From positions 1-24,194 of the forward strand of contig JAEOTX010000097.1 of NCBI GenBank assembly GCA_016839605.1: DNA of 24,194 nt, in the 5' to 3' direction. Positions 1 to 8,756 of the stretch are shown here, piece after piece; position 1 is the first letter of the stretch; every line of letters begins with the position of its first letter. The position numbers were made by a program, and so were the translations under genes. The DNA is from Candidatus Thorarchaeota archaeon (GTDB lineage Archaea > Asgardarchaeota > Thorarchaeia > Thorarchaeales > Thorarchaeaceae). Below the pieces are notes generated by a model. That model was given only the letters and a program-made list of their open reading frames with translations. It was not told the origin of the DNA and did not search any database.

Positions 1-1213
1 GTCTATCATGCATTCGCTGTCGGAACGACAGAATCTCGCTTGGAAGTTCTGCCTTTGGTTCTCCTGTTTGCTCCTCGCCGTATAGCAATCGTTTTGCATT
101 ACTCATCACTACACTCGTGCGCCTTCTCACATCCAGTTTGGCAGAAGCTTCCTCGAAGATAATTCTCAACACATCATCCTGAAGGGATCGAGGGTAATTG
201 ATAAGATCGAGGGAAATGGGCGTGTTAAAGAACAGCTTTGTAACTTTGTCCACTATATTAGCAGCATGCACAGAGTTGAGTTTGAGCCCAGGTGGTGATA
301 TTCCTGTAAGGTCAGCATGTCGATCTCGGGCCCCCACTTGGCTGATTTTCCGAAAGATTTGTGAAAGCCCAGTTACTAAAGAACCCAATCGATAGGACAG
401 ACCATTCAAAGCACCACGGATTCTGTGGATAGAAATCTGAGGAACTCCCACCTTTCCAGCCATATATTCGCGATAGATGCGTGCCATCCCGCCTTTGAAC
501 ATTGTTCCAGTCATATAGAACACGAATTTCCTGACGCGAATCTGAGTCTGTCTCTCATTCTCGAGATATATAGCACGAACAGGCACATCAACCACGCGAA
601 TCCCCTTGGAGTGGAATCGCATCAGCCATTCTGCGGGATATCCATATCCCTTTCGAGCCTTATTCCAATCTATGCGTTGAAAGGCTCTCTTATGGAGGGC
701 AGTGTAGCCCATCTGCGAGTCATTGATGTGATAGTATCCGGACGCCAACTTTGTGAGGATGGAGAGTGTCACGTTCCCCAGAATCCGGCGTGTTGGCATC
801 TCGCGCCATGCATTTCCCGGGGCGTCCTTGGAGCGTCCATAGATGAAACGATTTCCCTTTGTGTAATCCGCTGCGTTCTCAGCAATAGGTTTCAGTAAAT
901 TATTGAGATCGCCCCAATCCATTTGGGCGTCTCCTCCTACTACCACAAACACATCGTGTCCGTCCTTGTACGCTTGATGGTATCCGGTTATGATTGCCGC
1001 ACCTACTCCCTTGTTTGTAAGATGAGGTATCAGTCGAATTCTTGGGTCTTCTTTTGCATAATGCAACACTACATCCGCAGTTCGATCTTGGCTTCCATCA
1101 TCAATGACATATATGGTGTCCACAGCTTCCGGGACTGGCCAGATAGTCCGGCCAATGAGACGCTCCTCGTTTTTAGCCGGGACCACCACCGCTATCTTCA
1201 ATGTACCATACAT
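1..1213 (-). CDS. Glycosyltransferase family 2 (DPM1-like) with long C-terminal extension; 3' end lies beyond the left window edge
   Basis: Not in the ORF track. Manual minus-strand translation from ATG at 1213 gives MYGTLKIAVVVPAKNEERLIGRTIWPVPEAVDTIYVIDDGSQDRTA...HLTNKGVGAAIITGY...VVGGDAQMD...DYTKGNRF...MPTRRILGN...ASGYYHINDSQMGY...YGYP, all classic GT2 motifs. No stop codon before base 1. GAGGT SD lies 10 nt upstream of the ATG. Confidence 0.95.
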   Translation of the reverse strand, partial: MYGTLKIAVVVPAKNEERLIGRTIWPVPEAVDTIYVIDDGSQDRTADVVLHYAKEDPRIRLIPHLTNKGVGAAIITGYHQAYKDGHDVFVVVGGDAQMDWGDLNNLLKPIAENAADYTKGNRFIYGRSKDAPGNAWREMPTRRILGNVTLSILTKLASGYYHINDSQMGYTALHKRAFQRIDWNKARKGYGYPAEWLMRFHSKGIRVVDVPVRAIYLENERQTQIRVRKFVFYMTGTMFKGGMARIYREYMAGKVGVPQISIHRIRGALNGLSYRLGSLVTGLSQIFRKISQVGARDRHADLTGISPPGLKLNSVHAANIVDKVTKLFFNTPISLDLINYPRSLQDDVLRIIFEEASAKLDVRRRTSVVMSNAKRLLYGEEQTGEPKAELPSEILSFRQRMHDR

Positions 1214-1222
1214 CTTTGGTAT

Positions 1223-1264
1223 TACCTCAAGGGACCTCTAGAGATACAGCGTCCCTTTGAGGTA
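1223..1264 (-). promoter_or_regulatory. 13-bp inverted repeat (one bulge) overlapping the Shine-Dalgarno sequence of the GT2 gene
   Basis: TACCTCAAGGGAC (1223-1235) pairs with GTCCCTTTGAGGTA (1251-1264). On the minus strand the downstream arm contains GAGGT. Confidence 0.5.
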
Positions 1265-1693
1265 TGCAATCAGCAATCCAAGCTATGGCGCTTAGATCAG
1301 GAATTGCCGATTGAACCTCTCCTCCTGACGCGCATCCCTTATCTGGCGTAGACAGTATGTAGGTGGAAGCACTCTCTCCCTGTCCACGATGTGGTCGTGC
1401 TTCCTCGAAACAGTAGAATCCTAAAATAAAGTCTTCTAGGAAACTCATCCGCGCGTAAAATCGAAGGAATTTCTCTTAAAAAGGGAAGAATTTCACATAA
1501 TTGATTTCGAAAACGATCAGATGCGCCGTCAAGTACGCCTTTTCTGTTGTAACATAGGACATCTATCCAAATCTTCCGTGCATTGGTCACTCACTCGCCT
1601 AAAAGATGCTGATGAATCAAATGGATTATTTCATTGCTGCATGTATGCAAAGAGAAAACTTATGCTAATCTGCACCTCCATATCTACAAGCTC

Positions 1694-1737
1694 TTGTACA
1701 CATAAGTGAGTGCAGATGTTGCACACACAAGTGAGTG
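1694..1737 (+). repeat. Tandem 19-nt direct repeat (17/19 identical, 25-nt period) just upstream of the ATP-grasp gene
   Basis: TTGTACACATAAGTGAGTG (1694-1712) and TTGCACACACAAGTGAGTG (1719-1737). Confidence 0.7.
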
Positions 1738-1745
1738 AATGTGAA

Positions 1746-2969
1746 ATGAACAGAAGCCGGAATCCTGTTGTAGTAATTGGTGGCGGGGTAACCGGGCATG
1801 GGCTAGTGAGATCTTTCGGAGAAAAGGGTCTTGATGTTTTTTTGGTTTCATATAGACGGGGTGCAGTTGTTTTCAGTAAGTATTGCAGGAAGAGCTTCAC
1901 GACCAATGGCAAGAGAAATGACAGAACAGCCCTGAAGCGTGTTTTGAAAGCGGTCAGCAAAGAGTTCAGCAGAAGAGCTGTCGTATACCCAACCTCTGAT
2001 CTAGATGCTCTGAATCTTGCAAAATTAAAAGATGAATTGCGTGATGATTATTACTTTGCTGTAGGAAATGAAGAAGCTGTTTCAACTCTTGTTGATAAGA
2101 GAAGGTTCTACAATGCATTGTCTACGAACAATATACCCCACCCCAAAACGTACTTTCCTGAGGATTTGAAGGACACTCATCAATTAGGAACTGAATTGGA
2201 TTATCCAGTCTTCATAAGGCCTTCAATCACGCAGCATTTTGCAAGGGCTTTTCCAAGATTTGGGAAGGGATTTGTTGTACACACACCGAGAGAATTGGCT
2301 TACTACTACCGATTGGCAAAACAGCATGGAATAGATGTGATGATTCAAGAGGTAATTCCAGGACCACCAACTAATTCCTATCAGTTAGAGGGATACTACA
2401 ATGAGAAACACAGTCCGTTTATGATGTTTGCTCGCCAGCGGCTAAGGATTTGGCCGCCGGATTTCGGAAATACCACGCTTTGCATGAGTATTCCAATGGT
2501 GAAGTTGGCAGAACAAAGGAGTGTTATCGACCAGTTCATTGGGACCATTGGTTACCATGGACTCATGAGCGCAGAGTTCAAGAAGGATGGCAGAGATGGA
2601 TCATTGAAACTTCTTGAGATAAACGCCCGGCCCTGGTGGCATTTTTGGCTTTCCGAGAGTTGTGGCGTCAACATATTGTTGACGTCTTATCTAGATGCCA
2701 TAGGAGAAATGGGAGTACAAGCCAATAGAGAGCAATACGAAATAGGAGTCAAGAGCATGCATCTATCTGCTGACATTAGGGCGGCTGCACACATGATTAG
2801 GAACAAGAAGCTGAGCTTTCGGGAATGGTTGTCATCGCTACGGGGAGTACGGTGCTTCTCATTCCTATCACGAGATGATTTGTCGCCGTTCTTAATGTCA
2901 TCCCTTACTGAGAGTTATCATTTTCTTAGGCTCATACTGTTGAAGAGATATTCAGAAGCGATGACGTGA
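1746..2969 (+). CDS. ATP-grasp carboxylate-amine ligase (D-aspartate ligase-like)
   Basis: Motifs GLVRSFGEKG, FSKY, VYPTSD, DKRRFY..L....IPHPKT, YPVFIRPS, MIQEVIPG, PPDFGNTT, GYHGLMSAEFKKDGRDGSLKLLEINARPW. The track start is 1710; ATG 1746 fits the family N-terminus better. Confidence 0.9.
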   Translation: MNRSRNPVVVIGGGVTGHGLVRSFGEKGLDVFLVSYRRGAVVFSKYCRKSFTTNGKRNDRTALKRVLKAVSKEFSRRAVVYPTSDLDALNLAKLKDELRDDYYFAVGNEEAVSTLVDKRRFYNALSTNNIPHPKTYFPEDLKDTHQLGTELDYPVFIRPSITQHFARAFPRFGKGFVVHTPRELAYYYRLAKQHGIDVMIQEVIPGPPTNSYQLEGYYNEKHSPFMMFARQRLRIWPPDFGNTTLCMSIPMVKLAEQRSVIDQFIGTIGYHGLMSAEFKKDGRDGSLKLLEINARPWWHFWLSESCGVNILLTSYLDAIGEMGVQANREQYEIGVKSMHLSADIRAAAHMIRNKKLSFREWLSSLRGVRCFSFLSRDDLSPFLMSSLTESYHFLRLILLKRYSEAMT

Positions 2970-3030
2970 CCTCGCCCCATCTCATGGTAGTGTGACCTCA
3001 CTCTATCCAATAGTTTTGGGGTTGGCGTTG

Positions 3031-3045
3031 AACATCATTGATGTT
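3031..3045. other. Short perfect inverted repeat between convergent genes (possible terminator element or protein-binding site)
   Basis: AACATCA-T-TGATGTT, flanked by GGCG/CGCC, between the stops at 2969 and 3084. Confidence 0.25.
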
Positions 3046-3083
3046 GTGAGCGCCTGCCAATTTTCGAGTGCCAATCTTCTGCG

Positions 3084-4424
3084 TCACGAATGAGATGTGC
3101 CTTTTCTACTGAAATCAGCCAACCTCAAAGTCTTAAACCCGCTTGAGGTCAAGTACTTGAGAATCTTGGAATAACAATCCAGGTGTTTCACGATATGTAT
3201 TGGGTGCGTATGAAGGACGAACGCCCCGTCAAAGTCTCTGCAGAACTCAGCCTTGTACTTCCACACCTTCAGAAGATCGTCGTCCATGAGACCCAAGTCC
3301 TCGATCATTTGGACGTCTTGAGGTCCAGTTATCGGTACTTCCCAAATACGATGCGTTTCTAGTGAGTTTCCTTCTGCGATATACATCGGTCTGAATGGTC
3401 TGTTGTAGAATACGCCCCTTCTCCTACCAGTCATCCCGAGTTCATCCAGGTCTGGAAAGCTTGAGTCCACCTTGAAACCCTGTGCGGCCAGAGCCGCAAG
3501 GAGTGTGTTGGATCTGAGCGTCCACGGGCTTCTGAATGAGACTACCTCTTCTACTATTGACTCTAGAGTGGTTTTGCCCTTTCTCAGCTGGTTAGCTAGT
3601 ATCTGCGAGTCTTCAAGAGCGAGTTTCCCATCATGTGAATACCCATGCATTCCTATTTCGTGTTCATCGTCCGAAAGATTGCTCACTGACTTCCGATTCA
3701 ACCTGTACTGAATAGACTTCGGTACAAAAAACCACGTGGAACGCACACCCACATCCTTTTCGACACCCGCCACTATCTCACTGCCCTCAGTCTGACAGAA
3801 CTCGGTGTCAATGTCATGTGTGACAAATGCATAAGGTTCATTATTGTCCCTCCTTGCTTTGCCATTCCCGAGGAGGTGTCGTTGAATCAAGTGCATTATT
3901 ACGTTGCTGCTGGCTCCTACAAGTTGAAGGTCTCTCAACGACTTGATATGGGATGTCTTGTAACGTCTACCCATCCATCTGATACCTCTCCTTAGAGAAA
4001 CAGGCGCTTGCCAATAGAGTGATAATGCAAATCTTCTCGTCCGGCTCATCCCCGATGAAGGGAATCCCTCTCCTAGGTTAGCTAGGTGCATTTTAAATGG
4101 GTCAAATAGAAACCTCAATACTCCGTCATCAAGAGTGATTGCAGGTATCCCGTCTGATATCTCGCAGATTATCTCTCCTTTGAGAGACTCGTGACCGAAC
4201 GGTGCTGTAATTTGGAATGAGGTGGTTTCGGGTCTCCTGAGAATAATGTCTGTGATCTCATGTGCACGAAATGATATGACAGCGCTTCTCCAGTCAGATG
4301 TATCCGGGTAGCTTATTGCATCAAGCCCTTCTGGTACTCCGATTTCCCGCATAGTCTGCCTGGCTACTGCCGCAGATATTTGTCGTTTCCATGCAAACAG
4401 AGCAATACCCCCACTTGCCGACAC
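3084..4424 (-). CDS. Polysaccharide deacetylase (CE4/NodB-like) with ~190-aa N-terminal extra domain
   Basis: FVTHDIDT, VRSTWFFVP, HEIGMHGYSH, SFRSPW, GFKVDSSF, WEVPIT, VLHTHP. GGAG upstream of the GTG start. Confidence 0.88.
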   Translation of the reverse strand: MSASGGIALFAWKRQISAAVARQTMREIGVPEGLDAISYPDTSDWRSAVISFRAHEITDIILRRPETTSFQITAPFGHESLKGEIICEISDGIPAITLDDGVLRFLFDPFKMHLANLGEGFPSSGMSRTRRFALSLYWQAPVSLRRGIRWMGRRYKTSHIKSLRDLQLVGASSNVIMHLIQRHLLGNGKARRDNNEPYAFVTHDIDTEFCQTEGSEIVAGVEKDVGVRSTWFFVPKSIQYRLNRKSVSNLSDDEHEIGMHGYSHDGKLALEDSQILANQLRKGKTTLESIVEEVVSFRSPWTLRSNTLLAALAAQGFKVDSSFPDLDELGMTGRRRGVFYNRPFRPMYIAEGNSLETHRIWEVPITGPQDVQMIEDLGLMDDDLLKVWKYKAEFCRDFDGAFVLHTHPIHIVKHLDCYSKILKYLTSSGFKTLRLADFSRKGTSHS

Positions 4425-4566
4425 TAATGCTCCCTATTCAGCCTTTTGGAGTATAGATTTTATTCCGGTGGAAGCTACGGTCATCTATATCATCTCTGTT
4501 TCTACACTGCCGATATTCATGATTCATCGATTATTAGTGAGTCATCCATCAGCTTCTGAAATTCCC

Positions 4567-4578
4567 AAACTATTTATC
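4567..4578 (+). promoter_or_regulatory. Putative archaeal BRE/TATA promoter for the GT4-dehydrogenase unit
   Basis: AAACTATTTATC about 50 nt upstream of the 4628 start, in a divergent intergenic region. Confidence 0.35.
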
Positions 4579-4627
4579 TCGTCGATGAAGATGCTAGTTC
4601 CACGCGTGGAAACAGGGTGGGATTCGA

Positions 4628-5755
4628 TTGTCGAGTTCAGGTTTGAATATTGATGTCTTCCTATACAATCATTTTCCGAATGATGTGCGACCTCGGAAAG
4701 AAGCACGCATGTTGATGGAGGAAGGTCACCGTGTCCGGGTCTATTGCTTGAGAAACGAAGGCGAGTCGAAACACGAGGTTCTCTGGGGCTCTGTTGAGGT
4801 TCATAGGCTCTTTGATGCTACAGTGGTTAGTAGAATCGGCGCAACCAGTCTGTTCCGGTTTTGGATTGCAGCACTTCGAGCATGGACAAATCGAGATGGC
4901 CGAACCATCATTCACTGTCACGATTTATCTGCTCTTCCACCCGGTTTCATTATCGCTCTCCTTTATCGCTTCTTCCTGATATACGACTCACATGAGCTTT
5001 TTCCGGAAGCAGCACGAGAGCGACATGGATTCATTCCATATTTCATCTTTTATGCCTTAGAGGTGCTATGTTGCTTACGCGTCAATCTGCTAATCGGAGT
5101 CTCAGAACCACAACTCAGAATCTTGGGACGTCGATGTCGAGCGCCAATGTTCTCCATGAATAATTACCCATCCGTGAGCGAGATAGAGTATAGATATCAC
5201 GAATCCGTCAAGAGTCCTGTTGTCATCGGTATGTCTGGTTTTCTGTTTCGAACAAGGGGACATGCCGAAGTAATGGATGCACTCTCACTCTTATCTAGTG
5301 AAATCAAGCTTGAGTTCTGGATTGTCGGAGATGGACCGGAGCGAGAATCATTGATGGACAAGGCCTCTACTCTTCCCTATCCCTGCCGGTTCTATGGCTT
5401 TGTTGAACCAAAAGAGGACATGTGGGATCTGATCTCCACTTTCGATTATGCAGTCATTGCCAATCACCCATCACACAACTACCTTGTGACATCGGTGAAC
5501 AGGCCGTATGAGTATGCTGCAATTGGAGTGCCTTTTATTTGTCCTCACTTTGCAGGTATCAAGGATATACTTGAAGCGATGAATCTTCCAAAGTTCTTTC
5601 CTCTTAATACAGCTGAAATTGGGAATGCGCTTAGAAAGCTGATGAGTTTTGACAGGAATCAGCTTTGCAGTTTAGGTCGGGAATTGGTCGAGGAAAGGTA
5701 TTGCTGGGCACAGACAATTTCGAAGCTTAAGAAGGCATACAGGCTGCTAATTTAA
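4628..5755 (+). CDS. Glycosyltransferase family 4 (GT-B fold)
   Basis: DVRPRKEARML...GHRV, IHCHDL, LIYDSHELFPE, IVGDGPERESL, FYGFV, NRPYEYAAIGVP, ERYCW. Confidence 0.93.
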   Translation: MSSSGLNIDVFLYNHFPNDVRPRKEARMLMEEGHRVRVYCLRNEGESKHEVLWGSVEVHRLFDATVVSRIGATSLFRFWIAALRAWTNRDGRTIIHCHDLSALPPGFIIALLYRFFLIYDSHELFPEAARERHGFIPYFIFYALEVLCCLRVNLLIGVSEPQLRILGRRCRAPMFSMNNYPSVSEIEYRYHESVKSPVVIGMSGFLFRTRGHAEVMDALSLLSSEIKLEFWIVGDGPERESLMDKASTLPYPCRFYGFVEPKEDMWDLISTFDYAVIANHPSHNYLVTSVNRPYEYAAIGVPFICPHFAGIKDILEAMNLPKFFPLNTAEIGNALRKLMSFDRNQLCSLGRELVEERYCWAQTISKLKKAYRLLI

Positions 5756-5773
5756 TGACAAAGGATAACTAGG

Positions 5774-7072
5774 GTGTTCTCTCAACGAACTCTAGCTATA
5801 CGGATGGTTTTCATAGTGGCCTGGAAATATGATATCGCGGTAGTTGGTGCAGGTGGGCGCGTTGGGCTACCTCTTTCACTTGTTCTTGTTGAGAGTGGAT
5901 TCAGGACAGTAGGTTTGGAGATAGACAAGGAAAAGCTACACCTGCTGAATAAGGGACAAATGCCCTTTTACGAGTCGGAGGCTGATGAGATTCTGTCCAA
6001 ACACATAGTTGGCCAGACTGGACGATTGCTGTTCACCGAGGACTATTCTCTGCTGACAGATTGCGAGTCCATCATCATAGTCCCAGGCACTCCTTTGGCT
6101 AATGACTACACTCCAGATACAAGTCAAATACGTGATGTGTTTGCAAAGGCGATTGAGCATATTCGTCCAAATCATCTGATAATACTGAGAAGCACCGTGT
6201 CTCCAGGTACTACTGACCAGATTAGAGAGCATCTCAAGAGTCAACTCAGTTCTGAGGTTTTTGACTCTATTGACATTGCTTTTGCTCCTGAAAGGCTACT
6301 CCAAGGCCATGCAATGAAAGAGCTTTACGAACTACCACAAATAGTCGGTGCGTTCTCGGAACGTGGTTACAAGAGAGTAGCATTGATCTTCGAAAAACTT
6401 GGCGTTGAGGTTCTCCATGTCAAGCCAATTGAAGCAGAGTTGTCGAAGCTATTTGCCAATAACTTCAGGTATATTCAATTCGCCATTGCTAACGAGTTCT
6501 TCTCAATCTGCGAAAGCTTGAACGTGAATTTCGGGAGAGTTAGAGAAGCTACGAACTTCAATTACTCTCGATCTACAATTCCATACGCCGGTTATGTTGG
6601 AGGGCCATGCTTAGGGAAGGATGCTTGGTTGCTCATAAAGGCAAGAGGTTGTCATCCCAGTCAATCAAGGTTGATATCATCTGCTTATGAAATAAATGAA
6701 AACCTGCCAGAGATTGCTATTCAGATTGCGAAGAAAATGATTGGCACACTAACTGGTAAGACAGTCTTGGTACTCGGAATTACCTTCAAACGTGACTCTG
6801 ATGACACTCGAGAGAGTCCAGTCCACAGACTACTAAACTTGACTGAGAATGAATTCGTTGGGAATCTAGTCATCCATGATCCCTTCGCCGAGCCTGAGGA
6901 CTTGAAAGCGAAGGTGGCTGCTGCTGATGTTATCTTCGTGGGCACAAATCACAGTCAGTATGATGATGCGGCTTTTCTGAAGCACGCTAAGCCAGACTGT
7001 CTGATAGTGGACGTCTGGTACCAACTCAATCCACATTTGGGACATGCCTATTTCGCAAAGGAAATCGGATGA
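5774..7072 (+). CDS. UDP-glucose/GDP-mannose dehydrogenase family nucleotide-sugar dehydrogenase (WecC/WbpO-like)
   Basis: Rossmann GAGGRVGLPL, MPFYE, VPGTP, LRSTVSPGTT, FAPERLLQG, EAELSKLFAN..R.I.FA.ANEF, catalytic GGPCLGKD, LGITFKRDSDDTRESP, HDP. The true start may be 5804 or 5816. Confidence 0.95.
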   Translation: MFSQRTLAIRMVFIVAWKYDIAVVGAGGRVGLPLSLVLVESGFRTVGLEIDKEKLHLLNKGQMPFYESEADEILSKHIVGQTGRLLFTEDYSLLTDCESIIIVPGTPLANDYTPDTSQIRDVFAKAIEHIRPNHLIILRSTVSPGTTDQIREHLKSQLSSEVFDSIDIAFAPERLLQGHAMKELYELPQIVGAFSERGYKRVALIFEKLGVEVLHVKPIEAELSKLFANNFRYIQFAIANEFFSICESLNVNFGRVREATNFNYSRSTIPYAGYVGGPCLGKDAWLLIKARGCHPSQSRLISSAYEINENLPEIAIQIAKKMIGTLTGKTVLVLGITFKRDSDDTRESPVHRLLNLTENEFVGNLVIHDPFAEPEDLKAKVAAADVIFVGTNHSQYDDAAFLKHAKPDCLIVDVWYQLNPHLGHAYFAKEIG

Positions 7073-7144
7073 CGATTTTGCGTCTTCTCATCGGCAATCA
7101 GGATTGGATTTCGAATAGAATGAAGGAACTTCTGTTTACATGAC

Positions 7145-7157
7145 AAAGAATTATACG
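7145..7157 (+). promoter_or_regulatory. Putative BRE/TATA, possibly driving a leaderless transcript of the CapK-like gene
   Basis: AAAGAATTATACG ends about 23 nt before ATG 7180, and there is no obvious SD sequence. Confidence 0.3.
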
Positions 7158-7179
7158 CTTTCCAATCTCGTTATTTTGC

Positions 7180-8517
7180 ATGCGAGGGCTTGAGAAAGCT
7201 GTCTTCCTACTAGCTCACAGTGCACTGGACCCTGGTTTCTATCGTCTCTACACCATCATGATGAGAAACCAATGGAAGAGAAGAGAAGATATTCTGAAGC
7301 AGCAGTCTCTAGATCTTCGCAGAATAGTGAGATTCTGTTACGAAAGAGTGCCATTCTATAGAAGCCATCTGAATGAGGCCAACATCAAACCTGCAGACAT
7401 CCGTACAATCGCTGATCTTGAGAAGATACCCTCCATCAACAAGACTGATATCCTCTCAAATCCGAAAGCCTTCATTCCAACAGGAATGAGAATGAACTAT
7501 CACCCTGCCTATACTGCAGGCACAACAGGAATGCCAATGCATTTTCGGATATCTCATAATGACTATGTACTAGGGGTGGCCCTGAGCTACAGGTCATGGT
7601 CAGCAGGGGGATATACCCTTGGCAATCGCATGGCCGTTCTCGCAGGATCTGCCCTAATGCCAGATTCGCGTTATGCGATCTTGGTAAAGGCCAATGAGAT
7701 TGCCAGAAACGTGCGTTTCCTTTCCGCATATCATATGGATGATGCAAGCTTGGTTTCCTACCTGGACCAGATTCTTTCTTGGAACCCGTCATTCTTGAGA
7801 GGCTACCCTTCTGCAATCTATGAATTTGCCAAGTTCATAGAACGAGAAAGCCTTGAACTGCCGAAACTAAAGGCGATAATCACGACCTCCGAGAAGCTTC
7901 TTCCACATGTGAGGATGAAAGTGGAAGAGGTATTTGGTACACGGGTTTTTGACGAGTATGGAGCAAATGATGGAGGCATTTCAGCAGTAGAATGTGACCA
8001 CCAGCGTATACATGTCAACACTGAACGGAGTATAATGGAAATAGTTGACGAAGACCAACGTCAGATTGATGTTGGTACAGGAAAGGTGCTTGCAACTTCT
8101 TTGAAGAATTACGCGATGCCTTTCCTTCGTTACGAACTGGGGGATGAAGCTGTCGCTACAGATGAAGAGTGTCCTTGTGGACGAGGACTGCCCGTGATTG
8201 AAGAAATACTTGGAAGAACTGTTTCTTCATTCATTACCCCTGATGGCGTTCTGATACATGGATGGTTCTTTGGCTGGCTCATGATTGATTTCGGGGAAGC
8301 AGTAAGGCAATACAAGATCACACAGGTTAGCAGGACCAAAATCGAGGTCCTGATTGTGCCCGGCAACGGTTTCGATGAGATCATGATCAAGAAGATTCGA
8401 GCTCTAGCATTCGCCAAATGCAAAGACTGGAAGCTTGACATCAACATTGTTGACGATATTCCAATCTCGAAGTCCGGTAAGAGGATTTTCATTGAAAGCA
8501 AACTCAAGCCAGAATAG
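7180..8517 (+). CDS. Phenylacetate-CoA ligase family / CapK-like adenylate-forming enzyme
   Basis: VPFYR, DLEKIP..NK, TAGTTG (A3 loop), LRGYPS, TTSEKL, FDEYGAND, AMPFLRYELGD, CPCGRGLP, ILGR, SGKR. Confidence 0.92.
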   Translation: MRGLEKAVFLLAHSALDPGFYRLYTIMMRNQWKRREDILKQQSLDLRRIVRFCYERVPFYRSHLNEANIKPADIRTIADLEKIPSINKTDILSNPKAFIPTGMRMNYHPAYTAGTTGMPMHFRISHNDYVLGVALSYRSWSAGGYTLGNRMAVLAGSALMPDSRYAILVKANEIARNVRFLSAYHMDDASLVSYLDQILSWNPSFLRGYPSAIYEFAKFIERESLELPKLKAIITTSEKLLPHVRMKVEEVFGTRVFDEYGANDGGISAVECDHQRIHVNTERSIMEIVDEDQRQIDVGTGKVLATSLKNYAMPFLRYELGDEAVATDEECPCGRGLPVIEEILGRTVSSFITPDGVLIHGWFFGWLMIDFGEAVRQYKITQVSRTKIEVLIVPGNGFDEIMIKKIRALAFAKCKDWKLDINIVDDIPISKSGKRIFIESKLKPE

Positions 8518-8756
8518 GGTGTCAGAATACCTGAGTTTCGCAAACCACTCATCATAGAGGTCATCGAAGTTGATGGCCATCTGAAGAGGACCAAACAACC
8601 TCCTTGCATAGGTTACTGAGAAGTGAGCGGGTGAACGGCTTGGGAAAAGATTAATCTTCGCTATTGTGGATTTGAGGGCAGCCTTGTGAGATAATACATT
8701 TTCATGAAACCTCGCTGCGGAGGCTTGGAAGCATCCGTTTTGGGGGCTCAAATACC

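Noticed and set aside
198-1351. Plus-strand ORFs 198-395, 425-898 and 923-1351
   Set aside because: Antisense shadows of the minus-strand GT2 gene, with no recognisable motifs.
1227-1709. Small ORFs 1227-1448(-), 1339-1590(-), 1521-1709(+) and a 17-codon plus-strand frame containing CPRCG (1363-1416)
   Set aside because: No family motifs and mutually overlapping. The single CxxC has no partner knuckle. 1227-1448 cannot be excluded as a leader ORF but is unsupported.
7180-8517. Annotation as paaK (phenylacetate catabolism)
   Set aside because: No other paa genes in the window, and the glycan-locus context fits the CapK-like subgroup.
8130-8751. Minus-strand ORFs 8130-8609 and 8404-8751
   Set aside because: They overlap the CapK-like gene antisense and show no protein-like motifs.
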